A stretch of 64,000 nucleotides of DNA. Source: Eledone cirrhosa (lineage: Eukaryota). Numbering within the stretch: position 1 is the first letter of the stretch; every line of letters begins with the position of its first letter. The notes under the pieces were generated by a model. That model ran no database searches, had not been told where the DNA came from, and was given only the letters and a program-made list of their open reading frames with translations. The translations under genes were made by a program, and so were the position numbers. Location: assembly GCA_964016885.1 (NCBI GenBank), contig OZ024759.1:12958001-13022000 (forward strand), in the 5' to 3' direction. Of this stretch, positions 49,825 through 62,519 are shown piece by piece.

Positions 49825-51393
49825 GTACAAAACAACTGCATCACATTAAATATTGAAGTCTTTACTTTAAATCAGCAAATTTTCACAACAATCTGTCCAC
49901 CAATAAAGATACTATAAACATTTGAATTAACAAACCACATGAAATCTCATTAACAAAACAACACTATGACTACATCATATTAAATATTAAAGTCATTACT
50001 CTAATACTGTAAACTTTCACAACAATCTGCCCAGTACTAAAGATACTACAAACCAGGGGCATGCAACAGGCAGGTCACGGGCCACAATCCAGGCCGTGGG
50101 CCTCAATCCAGCGTGCGGGCCTCAATCCAGCCCACCAGACCAGTCAGAGTGGCCCGCGATGACTGTTTTCAATTTTTACCTTGCAGGCTTATTTAGAATT
50201 TTTTTTCGTAACCATAATACAATTTTCTGTTAGTTGACCTATACTAAAGGGTTTCACTGATAGGGTTATGTGTGTTAGAATTTCCCAGTTCCAGGTTATG
50301 GAAAGAAGTTGTGGTGAATCTTTGGAATAGTGCTTAATAAATATTAATGGCCCTAATAGTTGTTCCAATGTTCAAAAGTGGCCTGTCAATGGAATATGTT
50401 GCACACCCCTGCTATAAATATTTAGTACAAAACAACACTATGACTGCTTCACATTAAATATTAAAGTCTTTACTATAATACTGTAAAGTTTCACCACAAA
50501 CTGTCCCCTGGTAAAGATACTATAGACATTTAGTACAAAACAACACTATGACTACATCACATTAAATATTAAAGTCTTTACTATAATACTGTAAATTTTA
50601 ACCACAATCTGTCCACTGGTAAAGATACTATAAACATTTAGTACAAAGCAACACTATGACTGCTTCACATTAAATATTAAAGTCTTTACTATAATACTGT
50701 AAAGTTTCACCACAAACTGTCCACTGGTAAAGATACTATAAACATTTAGTACAAAGCAACACTATGACTGCTTCACATTAAATATTAAAGTCTTTACTAT
50801 AATACTGTAAAGTTTCACCACAAACTGTCCACTGGTAAAGATACTATAAACATTTAGTACAAAGCAACACTATGACTGCTTCACATTAAATATTAAAGTC
50901 TTTACTATAATACTGTAAAGTTTCACCACAAACTGTCCACTGGTAAAGATACTATAAACATTTAGTACAAAGCAACACTATGACTGCTTCACATTAAATA
51001 TTAAAGTCTTTACTATAATACTGTAAAGTTTCACCACAAACTGTCCACTGGTAAAGATACTATAAACATTTAGTACAAAGCAACACTATGACTGCTTCAC
51101 ATTAAATATTAAAGTCTTTACTATAATACTGTAAAGTTTCACCACAAACTGTCCACTGGTAAAGATACTATAAACATTTAGTACAAAGCAACACTATGAC
51201 TGCTTCACATTAAATATTAAAGTCTTTACTATAATACTGTAAAGTTTCACCACAATCTGTCCACTGGTAAAGATACTATAAACATTTAGTACAATACAAC
51301 ACTATGACTGCATCACATTAAATATTAAAGTCTTTACTATAATACTGTAAAGTTTCACCACAAACTGTCCACTGGTAAAGATACTATAAACAT
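49825..51393. repeat. ~118-bp minisatellite, interrupted by a hAT MITE
   Basis: Unit CACATTAAATATTAAAGTCTTTACTATAATACTGTAAAGTTTCACCACAAACTGTCCACTGGTAAAGATACTATAAACATTTAGTAC... Confidence 0.92.
50054..50411. mobile_element. hAT (Charlie-like) MITE
   Basis: TIRs CAGGGGCATGCAACA / TGTTGCACACCCCTG (13 of 15 match); degenerate 8-bp TSD CTACAAAC / CTATAAAT. Confidence 0.85.
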
Positions 51394-52429
51394 CTAAAGT
51401 AATAAATCTATTTCTAAATATTTTCAGTCGAATCATTACAGAATGTTTCGAATGACAAATATAAGAGATGATGATGATGATGGTGGTGATGGTAATGATG
51501 GTGATGGTGATGGTGATGATGGTGATGGTGATGATGGTGGTGGTGATGGTGGTGGTGGTGATGATGGTGATGGTGGTGGCGGTGGTGGTGATGGTGATGA
51601 TGGTAATGATGATGATGGTGGTGGTGGTGGTGGTGATGGTGATGATGGTGGTGGTGATGGTGGTGATGGTGGTGGAGGTGATGGTGATGATGGTGATGGT
51701 GGTGGTGATGGTGATGGTGGTGATGGTGATGATGGTGGTGATGGTGGTGGTGGTGATGGTGATGGTGGTGGTGATGACAATGATGATGGTGGTGGTGATG
51801 ACAATGATGATGGTGGTAGTGGTGGTGATGACGGTGGGACGGTGGTGGTGGTGATGGTGTTGACAATAATAATAACGATAAAGCCACCAAATTGTGTACA
51901 GTAAAAATCTTACAATACAAGTAGTCTCTCTCTCTCTCTCTCTTGCTCCCCCACTCTCTCTCTCTTGCTCCCCCCCACTCTCTCTATCTCTCTCTTGTTC
52001 CCCACACTCTCTATCTATCTCTTGCTCCCCTCACTCTCTCTATATATATATATATCTATCGCTACCCTCTCTCTCTACCTCTTGCTTGTCTTTCTTTAGC
52101 TCTCAGCTCTCTCCCTCTTTTTCTCCTTTCCCACCCTCTCTCTCCCCCAGTCTCTCTCACTCCCTTACACTCTGTCACTATCTCTCTTGCCCCCCCCCCC
52201 CCCCCCACACACACACACTCTCACTCTCTCACTATTTATCTAAATGTATTTAAACTATATTCTATATATTTACCACATCAGATCAATAAAGCAGGTTTGG
52301 ACAGCAGCCTTCACTCACTGAATTAACAAACCCTAATGAAATCACAAAGACACAACAACAGCAACACCACCACCAACTCCACCACCACCACCACCACCAT
52401 CACCATCATTTAACATCCATGCTAGTATG

Positions 52430-53220
52430 GAAATTTGGACACTTACTACCAAACAACAACAGCACCATGATGGTATATATACATCCATGCTTCGTTCAGC
52501 TCAAAACATGAGCTGGAGACAACAGAAGGCTTATCTGAACATGCGATGGTCTCCCTCGTATTTCTGATATTGTGTGAAAAAGGAGGTGAGATTTAAACAT
52601 GCGATGGTCTCCCTCGTATTTCTGATATTCTGTGAAAGAGGAGGTGAGATTTAAACATGCGATGGTCTCCCTCGTATTTCTGATATTGTGTGAAAGAGGA
52701 GGTGAGATTTAAACATGCGATGGTCTCCCTCGTATTTCTGATATTGTGTGAAAGAGGAGGTGAGATTTAAACATACGATGGTCTCCCTCGTATTTCTGAT
52801 ATTCTGTGAAAGAGGAGGTGAGATTTTAACATGTGATGGTCTCCCTCGTATTTCTGATATTGTGTGAAAGAGGAGGTGAGATTTAAACATGCGATGGTCT
52901 CCCTCGTATTTCTGATATTGTGTGAAAGAGGAGGTGAGATTTAAACATACGATGGTCTCCCTCGTATTTCTGATATCGTGTGAAAGAGGTGAGATTTTCA
53001 GGCCGGCCATTGCCATCACATCTCAACTGAAGTTGTGTCTACTTTAATACTTTGGTAACCAACATCTGTTAAAAGCCAAAGATGTCACAAGCTCTCCTCC
53101 TCTCCAGATGTCATAACCAGAGACTGTGGTAGGATCTATGTAATGTAATGAGTGACAGACCTACATGGAGATCTATTGTTGAGTCTATTTTGGCCGAGGT
53201 CATAGAATAATGATGATGGG
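52430..53220 (+). mobile_element. Old RTE/RTEX-like LINE 3' fragment with a 59-bp array (~8 copies, 52538-53000)
   Basis: SMLRSAQNMSW...GLPRISDI...GHCHH...MSDRPTWRSIV; (ATG)n tail. Confidence 0.72.
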
Positions 53221-53439
53221 TTGGACGAGTCATCACATACCAATTCAGCACTCAATTGGAGCAACTGACCTCACAGATGGGCCGATATACCCTAACCCTA
53301 ACCCTTACATACAAAGTTAAACCTACAGTCAGTAGGCACCTCTTAACCAAACATACACCCCAACCCACTACCCCTACTCCATCCTCCTACTCCCACCAAC
53401 ACCACCCTTTCTCTGTAAAGTTATGTTGGTACCACAGAA

Positions 53440-53623
53440 GGGCGGTGGATTGGCAGTATCGGTAGAGGGTCGGACGCCATGCTTTTCAGCATAGTTACGT
53501 CCCTTTACGATCTAAGTTCAAATCCCGCCGAGGTTGACTTTGCCTTTCATCCTTACGAGGTCGATAAAATAAAGTACCAGTAATGCACTGGATAATTGCT
53601 GGCCTTGTGCCTAAAGTAGAAAC
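53440..53623 (+). mobile_element. Young full-length Nin-domain SINE (family B) inserted in an RTE 3'UTR (53320-53868)
   Basis: A box TGGCAGTATCGG, B box GTTCAAATC; perfect 21-bp TSD AGTTATGTTGGTACCACAGAA (53419-53439, 53624-53644). Confidence 0.92.
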
Positions 53624-54113
53624 AGTTATGTTGGTACCACAGAACATCCAGTCCACACTGTAAAGTGATTGTGTAGGAGACACGGTAAAAAGGCTCCCCG
53701 TCCACACTGTAAATGTGGTTGGTGTTAGGAAGGGCATCCAGCCGTAGAAAACCTGCCAGACAGTCCTATACGAGCGAGACACGGTCACCCGACCAATCTT
53801 GCCTCAAGTGGGACAATTCCCGTCTAACCCATGCTAGCGTGGAGGATAGACGTTAAACGATGATGATATATATATATTTACACACACACATACATACGTA
53901 CGTATGTAGATGTAAGCCCCTTTGTGGGATCAACTGTTTTTGCATTTGATTGTGGATAACTTCCGATTGGGGTAGATTTGTTTATGTTCCAGTTAAAGTG
54001 ATAACCGGCTATTGGTTGCCTGTGTATATGTATATATATGTGTGTGTGTAAATATATATATATATATATATATAGAATTCACAGGAATCAAAGCTATGTT
54101 CAAAGCATTTATT

Positions 54114-54160
54114 CACTTACAATTGTTTCATCCAAACCTAGGCTTGGAGTCTTCAGAGCA
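54114..54160 (-). ncRNA. Minimal type I hammerhead ribozyme motif
   Basis: Minus strand TGCT-CTGAAGA-CTCCAAGCCTAGGTTTGGAT-GAAAC-AATT-GTA-AGTG; palindromic stem III ACAATTGT. Confidence 0.68.
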
Positions 54161-54642
54161 TCTTTCAATGTTTGTACACATAATTGACCTCCTATCCAAC
54201 ACAAGAGACATACAGATACATATATATATATATATACTGATGTACAGTGGAGTGGCATATATTATACTATACTATTTTTGTATAGTAATTCAAATTCAAA
54301 ATCAAAATCAAAATCAAAATTAAAATTAAAATTAAAATCAAAATTAAAATACATTCGGCAGATAACACAGATAATGCAAGAGGATAGTTTGATAGTCAGG
54401 TCTAGTAGGTAGTGTATGCGTTAGTTACACATGGAGCATGCAAGTGTGTCTCATTGTTATACTATTATTGTATGGCAGGGTGTTACACGTAATGCAAGCA
54501 CTTTAAGCGGGTGTTATTACATTGAGCTATTTATCTTACTGGTAATAAGGTAGTAATAAATTACTGACCTTCACTGTTTAGGGTTTAAAATATACATAAC
54601 TATAACAAGTTTTAATATATACATAACCATAAATAGTATCCC

Positions 54643-54675
<33 letters not shown>

Positions 54676-54685
<10 letters not shown>

Positions 54686-55055
54686 ATACTTGGGGAGGGT
54701 CATATTTGTGTAATATTGCCAGAATTAATAACAGAACACACTCACTGTTTGGTTGGTTTTCGCTTCTGTGTCTTTTATATCGGTTAATCTAATTTATTCG
54801 GACCTCAATGTTGCCATTGACTGACCAACGGTCAAAAATACAGATACAATATAGACACAAACACATATATATAGTCTATCAAAGTTCTTTCGTTGCACAC
54901 CTGCAACATCGTCAGTGGTGCTATTGTTTCCTCCCGTTGCATTGTATGTCTACGCCATCCTTATTTCTGGCAATATTACACAAATATGACCCTCCCCAAG
55001 TATAACAATATTTGTTTCGACACACGATTTCATATCAAAAACCTCGCAAAACTAT
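54676..55055 (-). mobile_element. Penelope-like remnant with inverted terminal fragment and hammerhead-like core (~54878-54918); second copy at 5836-6090
   Basis: Minus strand CTGACGA-T-GTTGCAGGTGTGCAAC-GAAAG; ~47-bp inverted repeat (about 54678-54725 vs 54965-55011); flanked by (TA)n. Confidence 0.6.
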
Positions 55056-55151
55056 ATATATATATATATATATAAACAAAACAGGTTGACATTATATGTA
55101 TACATAAACAAAATGGGTTAACATTATATATACATATAAACAAAGTAAGTT

Positions 55152-55228
<77 letters not shown>

Positions 55229-55290
55229 CAAAACAGGGAGGAGGTGGTGACTTTACATCTATACATAAGTATATATACGTGTGTGTGTGG

Positions 55291-55322
<32 letters not shown>

Positions 55323-55549
55323 CTTCCCATGTATCTTAGTATGTCACTCCAACAATGTAACTACACCATTATTCCTCAACAACAATGGTACAAGACAACA
55401 ATAGCAATTGTCTGGAACTACAACAACAACAACAGCAAGAATAAACATGTCTTCCTTCCTTTGTTGTTGTTTAACTACAACAACAAAGAAAACAGACAAC
55501 TAAAAGGGGGAAGAAAACAATACCCCATTTTCCCCACTGCACCACACCC

Positions 55550-56442
55550 CATCCAACATGGCAGTGAGACATGGTGTGGATATAGTGAAGCTGAAGAGAA
55601 ATAAAGTCAGCATGCTACATTAGATGTGTAATGGTGGTGTGTATGAAGAGTGGGGTATGGCAGTGAGACATGGGTGGTAACTGGTAAAGTCAGCATGCTA
55701 CATTAGATGTGTAATGGTGGTGTGTATGAAGAGTGGGGTATGGCAGTGAGACATGGGTGGTAACTGGTAAAGTCAGCATGCTACATTAGATGTGTAATGG
55801 TGGTGTGTATGAAGAGTGTGGTATGGCAGTGAGACATGGGTGGTAACTGGTAAAGTCAGCATGCTACATTAGATGTGTAATGGTGGTGTGTATGAAGAGT
55901 GTGGTATGGCAGTGAGACATGGGTGGTAACTGGTAAAGTCAGCATGCTACATTGGATGTGTAATGGTGGTGTGTATGAAAGAGAAAGGTATGGATGAACT
56001 GAGAGAAAAGCTAGGTATGAGAAGAATCAGATGTAGAGTGCAGGAGAGAAGAAGGTGCTGGTGTGGACATGTGATGCATAAGGATAACGATCGTTGGATG
56101 AAGAATTGTGAAGAAATCCCATTGGAAGGTAATGTCAGTAGAGAAAGACTAAGGGGAAACCTGGACTGACAGAAAAACTGGGCATATGAGGAATCAGATG
56201 TAGAGTGCTAGAGAGAAGAAGGTGCTGGTGTGGACATGTGATGCATAAGGATAATGATTGTTGATGCTGGTGGAAGGAAGCTGTAGTAGAGGAAGACCAA
56301 GAAAAACCTGGAGAGATGTGGTTAGAGCTGATCTCAAAGTGCTGGGCCTTACAGTGGGGCTGACAAAGGAAAAGAGATGGAGGGGTAGTGTGTTGGAAAG
56401 GACCCATCCAACTCATGTAGGCATGGAGAAGTGGACATAAAA
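55550..56442 (+). mobile_element. Decayed RTE 3' fragment with an 83-bp array (~5 copies), paralogous to 720-2260
   Basis: MVVCMKEKGMDELREKLGMRRIRCRVQERRRCWCGHVMHKDNDR is nearly identical to ORF 917..1153. Confidence 0.85.
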
Positions 56443-57250
56443 TGATGGTGATGGTGGCGATGATGATGATGATGATGATGATGACAATGGTGAAGAAGAT
56501 GATGATGATGATGCTGATGATGATAATGATGGTGGCAATGATGATGCTGATAGTCATGATAGCGATGATGGTGATGGTTGTGGCAGTGGTGATGATGGTG
56601 ATGGTGGTGATAGTGATGGTTGTGGCGGTGGTGATGATGGTGATGGTGATGGTGGTGATAGTGATGGTGGTGATAGTGATAGTTGTGGCGGTGGTGATGA
56701 TGGTGATGGTGATCATGGTGATGATCATGATGATGATGATGATGGTGGTGATAGTAATGGCTGTGGTGATGATGGTGATGATGATGGTGATGGTGGTGAT
56801 AGTGATGGTTGTGGTGATGATGATGATGATAGTGATGGTGGTGATAGTGATGGTTGTAGTGATGATGGTGATGATAGTGATGGTGATGGTGGTGATAGTG
56901 ATGGTTGTGGTGATGATGGTGGTGATGGTGATGATAGTGATGATGATGGTGATGGTGATGGTGGTGATAGTAATGGTTGTGATGGTGATGGTGATGGTGG
57001 TGGTGATGATGGTGATGATGATGATAGTGATGGTTGTGGTGATGTTGGTGATGATGATGGAGATGATGATAGTGATGATGGTGGTGATAGTGATGGTTGT
57101 GGTAATGATGGTGATGATGATGATGATAGTGATGGTTGTGGTAATGATGATGATGATGATGATAGTGATGGTTGTGATGGTGATGATGATGATGATGGTT
57201 GTGGTGATGATGGTAGTGATGGTGGTGGTGGTGATGATGATGATGGTGGT
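56442..57250. repeat. (GAT/GGT)n trinucleotide expansion from a LINE tail; similar blocks at 49530-49800, 51467-51860, 59470-59690
   Basis: Direct inspection. Confidence 0.95.
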
Positions 57251-58254
57251 ATATAACAGCAACAGAGAAACAATATGCCATGTGATGATATGAAACAGTG
57301 AATCAATAATTATTTCTAAGTCAGGTCCAAGAAAGACCAGAAAGTATCTCGTGAGTGTGTGGTGGGGAGGGGGGTGATTGGGGGGTGGAGGGGAGAACAG
57401 CTTCAGTCATTTATATTGACTCAGTACTTAACTGTTACTTATTTCATTACCCAGCCACACCACAAAGGAATGAAAGGCAGAGATGGTTTGAACTGAGAAC
57501 GAGAAGAAGGGACTAATGTAATAATGACAAGTAATGATTCTGGCAAAAAACTATCGCAGCAATGGAGACTTAAATTAATAATGAAGACATAAAAGTCAAC
57601 TTAAATATCAGAGTTAGTCGGCCATCAAATTGATTTGTGGTGGAGATTGGGGGGGGGGGGTATGGTGGTGGTGGTGGTGAAGGAGGGGTTGCATGGTGCA
57701 GTGGGGGGGGGGGGTAGAGAGGGAGGGATGTATGGTGGTGGTGGTGGTGGTGGTGAGGGAGGGGTTGTGTGGTGGTGGTGGTGAGGGAAGAGATGTATGG
57801 TATGGTGGTGAGGGAGGGAGGGATGTATGGGGTGGTGAGGGAGGGAGGGATGTATGGTGTGGTGGTGGGAGAGAGGGAGGGATGTATGGTGTTGTGGTGG
57901 TAGAGAGGGAGGGATATATGGTGTGGTGGTGGTGGAGAGGGAGGGAGGGATGTATGGTGGTGGTGGTGGTGGTGGTGGTGAGGTGTATTAGTGGCTGAGT
58001 ATTCCACCGATATGCGTGGTGTAGTCAATTTAAATATCAGAGTTGGTTGGTTATCAAATTGATTTGTAGTGGAGATAGAGAGGGAGGGTGTGTGGTGTGG
58101 TGGTGGAGATAGAGGGGGGGGATAGGGGTAGAGATGGAAGGGGTGGAGATAGAGGGGGAGGGGTGTGTGGTGTGGTGGTGGGTGGGATGTACTTGTGGCT
58201 GAGTATTCTACTGACAGGCATTGTCCCTAGATCTACCTCCCCAAACCCCACCCA

Positions 58255-59470
58255 CATGTAAAGTGGTCATGTAGGTGTCACAATAAAAAGCACCCAGTCC
58301 ACACTAAAGTGGTCATGTAGGTGTCACAATAAAAAGCACCCAGTCCACACTAAAGTGGTCATGGAGGTGTCAGGACAAAAAGCACCCAGTCCACACTGTA
58401 AATTGGTCATGTAGGTGTCATGACATAAAGCACCCAGCCCACACTGTAAAGTGTTGTGTAGGTGTCACGACATAAAGCACCCAGTACACACTGTAAAGTG
58501 GTCATGTAGGTGTCACAACAAAAAGTACCCAGTCCACACTAAAGTGGTCATGGAGGTGTCACAACAAAAAGCACCCAGTCCACACTAAAGTGGTCATGGA
58601 GGTGTCATGACATAAAGCACCCAGTCCACACTAAAGTGGTCATGGAGGTGTCACAACAAAAAGCACCCAGTCCACACTAAAGTGGTCATGGAGGTATCAC
58701 AACAAAAAGCACCCAGTCCACACTAAAGTGGTCATGGAGGTGTCACAACAAAAAGTACCCAGTCCACACTAAAGTGGTCATGGAGGTGTCACAACAAAAA
58801 GTACCCAGTCCACACTAAAGTGGTCATGGAGGTGTCACAACAAAAAGTACCCAGTCCACACTAAAGTGGTCATGGAGGTGTCACAACAAAAAGTACCCAG
58901 TCCACACTAAAGTGGTCATGGAGGTGCCACAACAAAAAGTACCCAGTCCACACTAAAGTGGTCATGGAGATGTCACAACAAAAAGTACCCAGTCCACACT
59001 AAAGTGGTCATGGAGGTGTCACAACAAAAAGTACCCAGTCCACACTAAAGTGGTCATGGAGGTGTCACAACAAAAAGTACCCAGTCCACACTAAAGTGGT
59101 CATGGAGGTGTCACAACATAAAACACCCAGTCCACACTAAAGTGGTCATGGAGGTGTCACAACATAAAACACCCAGTCCACACTAAAGTGGTCATGGAGG
59201 TGTCACAACATAAAACACCCAGTCCACACTAAAGTGGTCATGGAGGTGTCTCGACAAAGCACCCAGTCCACACTAAAGTGGTCATGGAGGTGTCACCACA
59301 AAAAGCACCCAGTCCACACTGTAAAGTGGTTGGCGTTAGGAAGGGCACCCAGCCATAGAAACCAAGCCAGAGACAGTTCTGTATAAGCAAGACACAATTA
59401 TCTGATCTGATTTGTCTCAAAATGAACAACTTGTCTAACCCATGCTAGCGTGGAAAAATAGACCTTGGAC
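58255..59470 (+). repeat. 46-bp minisatellite (~23 copies) within an RTE 3'UTR
   Basis: Unit AAAGTGGTCATGGAGGTGTCACAACAAAAAGTACCCAGTCCACACT, continuing into GTTAGGAAGGGCA...CATGCTAGCGTGGAAAA. Confidence 0.92.
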
Positions 59471-59904
59471 AATGATGGTGATGGTAGTGATGGTGATGGC
59501 TATGATGATAATGGTGATGTCGGTGATGATGATGATGATAGTGGTGGTGATGATGATGATGGCTATGATGATGGTGATGGTGGTGGTGATGATGATGATG
59601 GCTATGATGAGATGGTGATGATGGCTATAAAGATGAAGATGATGTCAATGATGATGATGGTGTTGATGGTGACGATGGTGGCAACGACAACAGAAGTTAA
59701 GGTGATGTGTAATATAATGATGACATTGAAACAGAACCCAGAGGGTTCCAATAACAACAATTTAACCACACAGCCACTGCCTTTCCACCAATTGGACTTC
59801 TGTCTGTTAACATAACATTAGATCAGAATAAGCTGTACAGGAAGTCACAGATTTGATACTGGAATGTAATGTCACTCTTACATCAATGAATAGCATACAC
59901 ACAC

Positions 59905-61160
59905 ATATACACCAAGTCTGGACACAGAGGAACCAAACTCCCAGTCATCGTGCCCGTCTCTCCCCAGCTCTCATATACACCAAGTCTGGACACAGAGAAA
60001 CCAAACTCCCACTGTCATCGCGCCCGTCTCTCCCCAGTTCTCATATACACCAGGTCTGGACACAGAGGAACCAAACTCCCACTGTCATCGCGCCCGTCTC
60101 TCCCCAACTTTCATGTACACCAGGTCTGGACACAGAGGAACCAAACTCCCAGTCATCGTGCCCGTCTCTCCCCAGCTCTCATATACACCAAGTCTGGACA
60201 CAGAGGAACCAAACTCCCAGTCATCGTGCCCGTCTCTCCCCAGCTCTCATATACACCAAGTCTGGACACAGAGGAACCAAACTCCCACTGTAATCGCGCC
60301 CGTCTCTCCCCAGCTCTCATATAGACCAGGTCTGGACACAGAGGAACCAAACTCCCAGTCATCGTGCCCGTCTCTCCCCAGCTCTCATATACACCAAGTC
60401 TGGACACAGAGGAACCAAACTCCCAGTCATCGTGCCCGTCTCTCCCCAGCTCTCATATACACCAAGTCTGGATACAGAGGAACCAAACTCCCACTGTCAT
60501 CGCGCCTGTCTCTCCCCAGCTCTCATGTACACCAAGTCTGGATACAGAGGAACCAAACTCCCACTGTCATCGCGCCTGTCTCTCCCCAGCTCTCATGTAC
60601 ACCAAGTCTGGATACAGAGGAACCAAACTCCCACTGTCATCACGCCTGCCTCTCCCCAGCTCTCATATACACCAGGTCTGGACACAGAGGAACCAAACTC
60701 CCACTGTCATCGCGCCTGTCTCTCCCCAGCTCTCATATACACCAGGTCTGGACACAGAGGAACCAAACTCCCACTGTCATCGCGCCTGTCTCTCCCCAGC
60801 TCTCATGTACACCAAGTCTGGATACAGAGGAACCAAACTCCCACTGTCATCACGCCTGCCTCTCCCCATCTCTCATATACACCAGGTCTGGACACAGAGG
60901 AACCAAACTCCCACTGTCATCACGCCCGTCTCTCCCCAGCTCTCATATACACCAGGTCTGGACACAGAGGAACCAAACTCCCACTGTCATCGCGCCTGTC
61001 TCTCCCCAGCTCTCATATACACCAGGTCTGGACACAGAGGAACCAAACTCCCACTGTCATCACCTCCATCTCTCCTGCTGTCCCTGTCTCATATACACCA
61101 GGTCCAAACACAGAGGAACCAAACTCCCACTGTCATCACCTCCATCTCTCCCACCCTCCC
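59905..61160. repeat. 68/70-bp minisatellite (~18 copies), origin unknown
   Basis: Unit ACACCAGGTCTGGACACAGAGGAACCAAACTCCCACTGTCATCGCGCCTGTCTCTCCCCAGCTCTCATAT. Confidence 0.93.
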
Positions 61161-61199
61161 CTATCTCTCATTATTATGAGCAAATAGGGTCCCACGTGC

Positions 61200-62455
61200 T
61201 GGCTGCCCCACAGCCCCGGCAGATAGAATAGAGAAGGTATTTCCCCAGAGGATGGTGAGGGAGATGTGCTTGAAGAGCCCATCCAGCTCGCGAGACTCAC
61301 ATCTGCGGCTAGCCAGCTCAGTGTCTATGGTGGTAAGTAGAGAGGTAGCCCTAGGGCCAAGGACACCAGAAGTGTCCACTGCTATGGGTAGCTAGCTCAG
61401 TGGGGGTGAGTAACGAGGTAGCCCTAGGGCCAAGGACACCAGAAGTGTCCACTACCACGAGTAGCCAGCTCAGCGCCTATGGTGATAAGTAGGAGGTAGC
61501 CCTAGAGCCAAGGACACCAGAAGTTTCTACTACCACGGGTAGCCAGCTCAGCGCCTATGGTGATAAGTAGGGAGGTAGCCCTAGGGCCAAGGACACTAGA
61601 AGTGTCCACTACCACGGGTAGCCAGCTCAGTGCCTATGGTGATAAGTAAGAGGTAGCCCTAGGGCCAAGGACACCAGAAGTTTCTACTACCACGAGTAGC
61701 CAGCTCAGCGCCTATGGTGATAAGTAGGGAGGTAGCCCTAGGGCCACGGACACTAGAAGTGTCCACTACCACGGGTAGCCAGCTCAGTGTCTATGGTGGT
61801 AAGTAGGGAGGTAGCCCTAGGGCCAAGGACACTAGAAGTGTCCACTACCACGGGTAGCCAGCTCAGTGCCTATGGTGATAAGTAAGAGGTAGCCCTAGGG
61901 CCAAGGACACCAGAAGTTTCTACTACCACGAGTAGCCAGCTCAGCGCCTATGGTGATAAGTAGGGAGGTAGCCCTAGGGCCAAGGACACTAGAAGTGTCC
62001 ACTACCACGGGTAGCCAGCTCAGTGTCTATGGTGGTAAGTAGGGAGGTAGCCCTAGGGCCAAGGACACTAGAAGTTTCTACTGCTACGGGTAGCCAGCTC
62101 AGTGTCTATGGTGATAAGTAGGGAGGTAGCCCTAGGGCCAAGGACACTAGAAGTTTCTACTGCTACGGGTAGCCAGCTCAGTGTCTATGGTGGTAAGTAG
62201 GGAGGTAGCCCTAGGGCCAAGGACACCAGAAGTCTCCACTGCTACGGGTAGCCAGCTCAGTGGCGGTAAGTAGAGAAGTAGCTCTAGGCCAAGGACACCA
62301 GAAGTCTTCACTACTACAGGTAGCCAGCTCAGTGTCTATGAGGGTAAGTAGGGAGGTAGCCCTAGGGCCAAGAACACCAGAAGTCTCCACTAGCCAGCTC
62401 AGTGGTGGTAACTAGGGAGGTAGCCCTAGGGCCAAGGACACCAGAAGTCTCCTCT
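61200..62455 (-). mobile_element. CRE-like non-LTR retrotransposon C-terminal (RLE) fragment amplified as a 78/79-bp array (~14 copies)
   Basis: Minus strand PIAVDTSGVLGPRATSLLTTIDTELASRRCESRELDGLFKHISLTILWGNTFSI resembles the recalled PxAVETxGxxG...LxQRISxAIxRGNA terminus of CRE-clade elements. Confidence 0.68.
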
Positions 62456-62519
62456 GTTCGATCCTCAACTGCAAGATAACTGATTGATCTATAGACTCAT
62501 TGGTTAATTTATTGATTGA

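Noticed and set aside
53291-53304. Telomeric CCCTAA repeats
   Set aside because: Only about two units; the 15-bp array at 9097-9783 is also only superficially telomere-like.
51414-57306. Poly-His, poly-Thr/Ile and Gly/Asp-rich ORFs
   Set aside because: Translations of (GAT/GGT)n microsatellites, one grown directly from a LINE tail.
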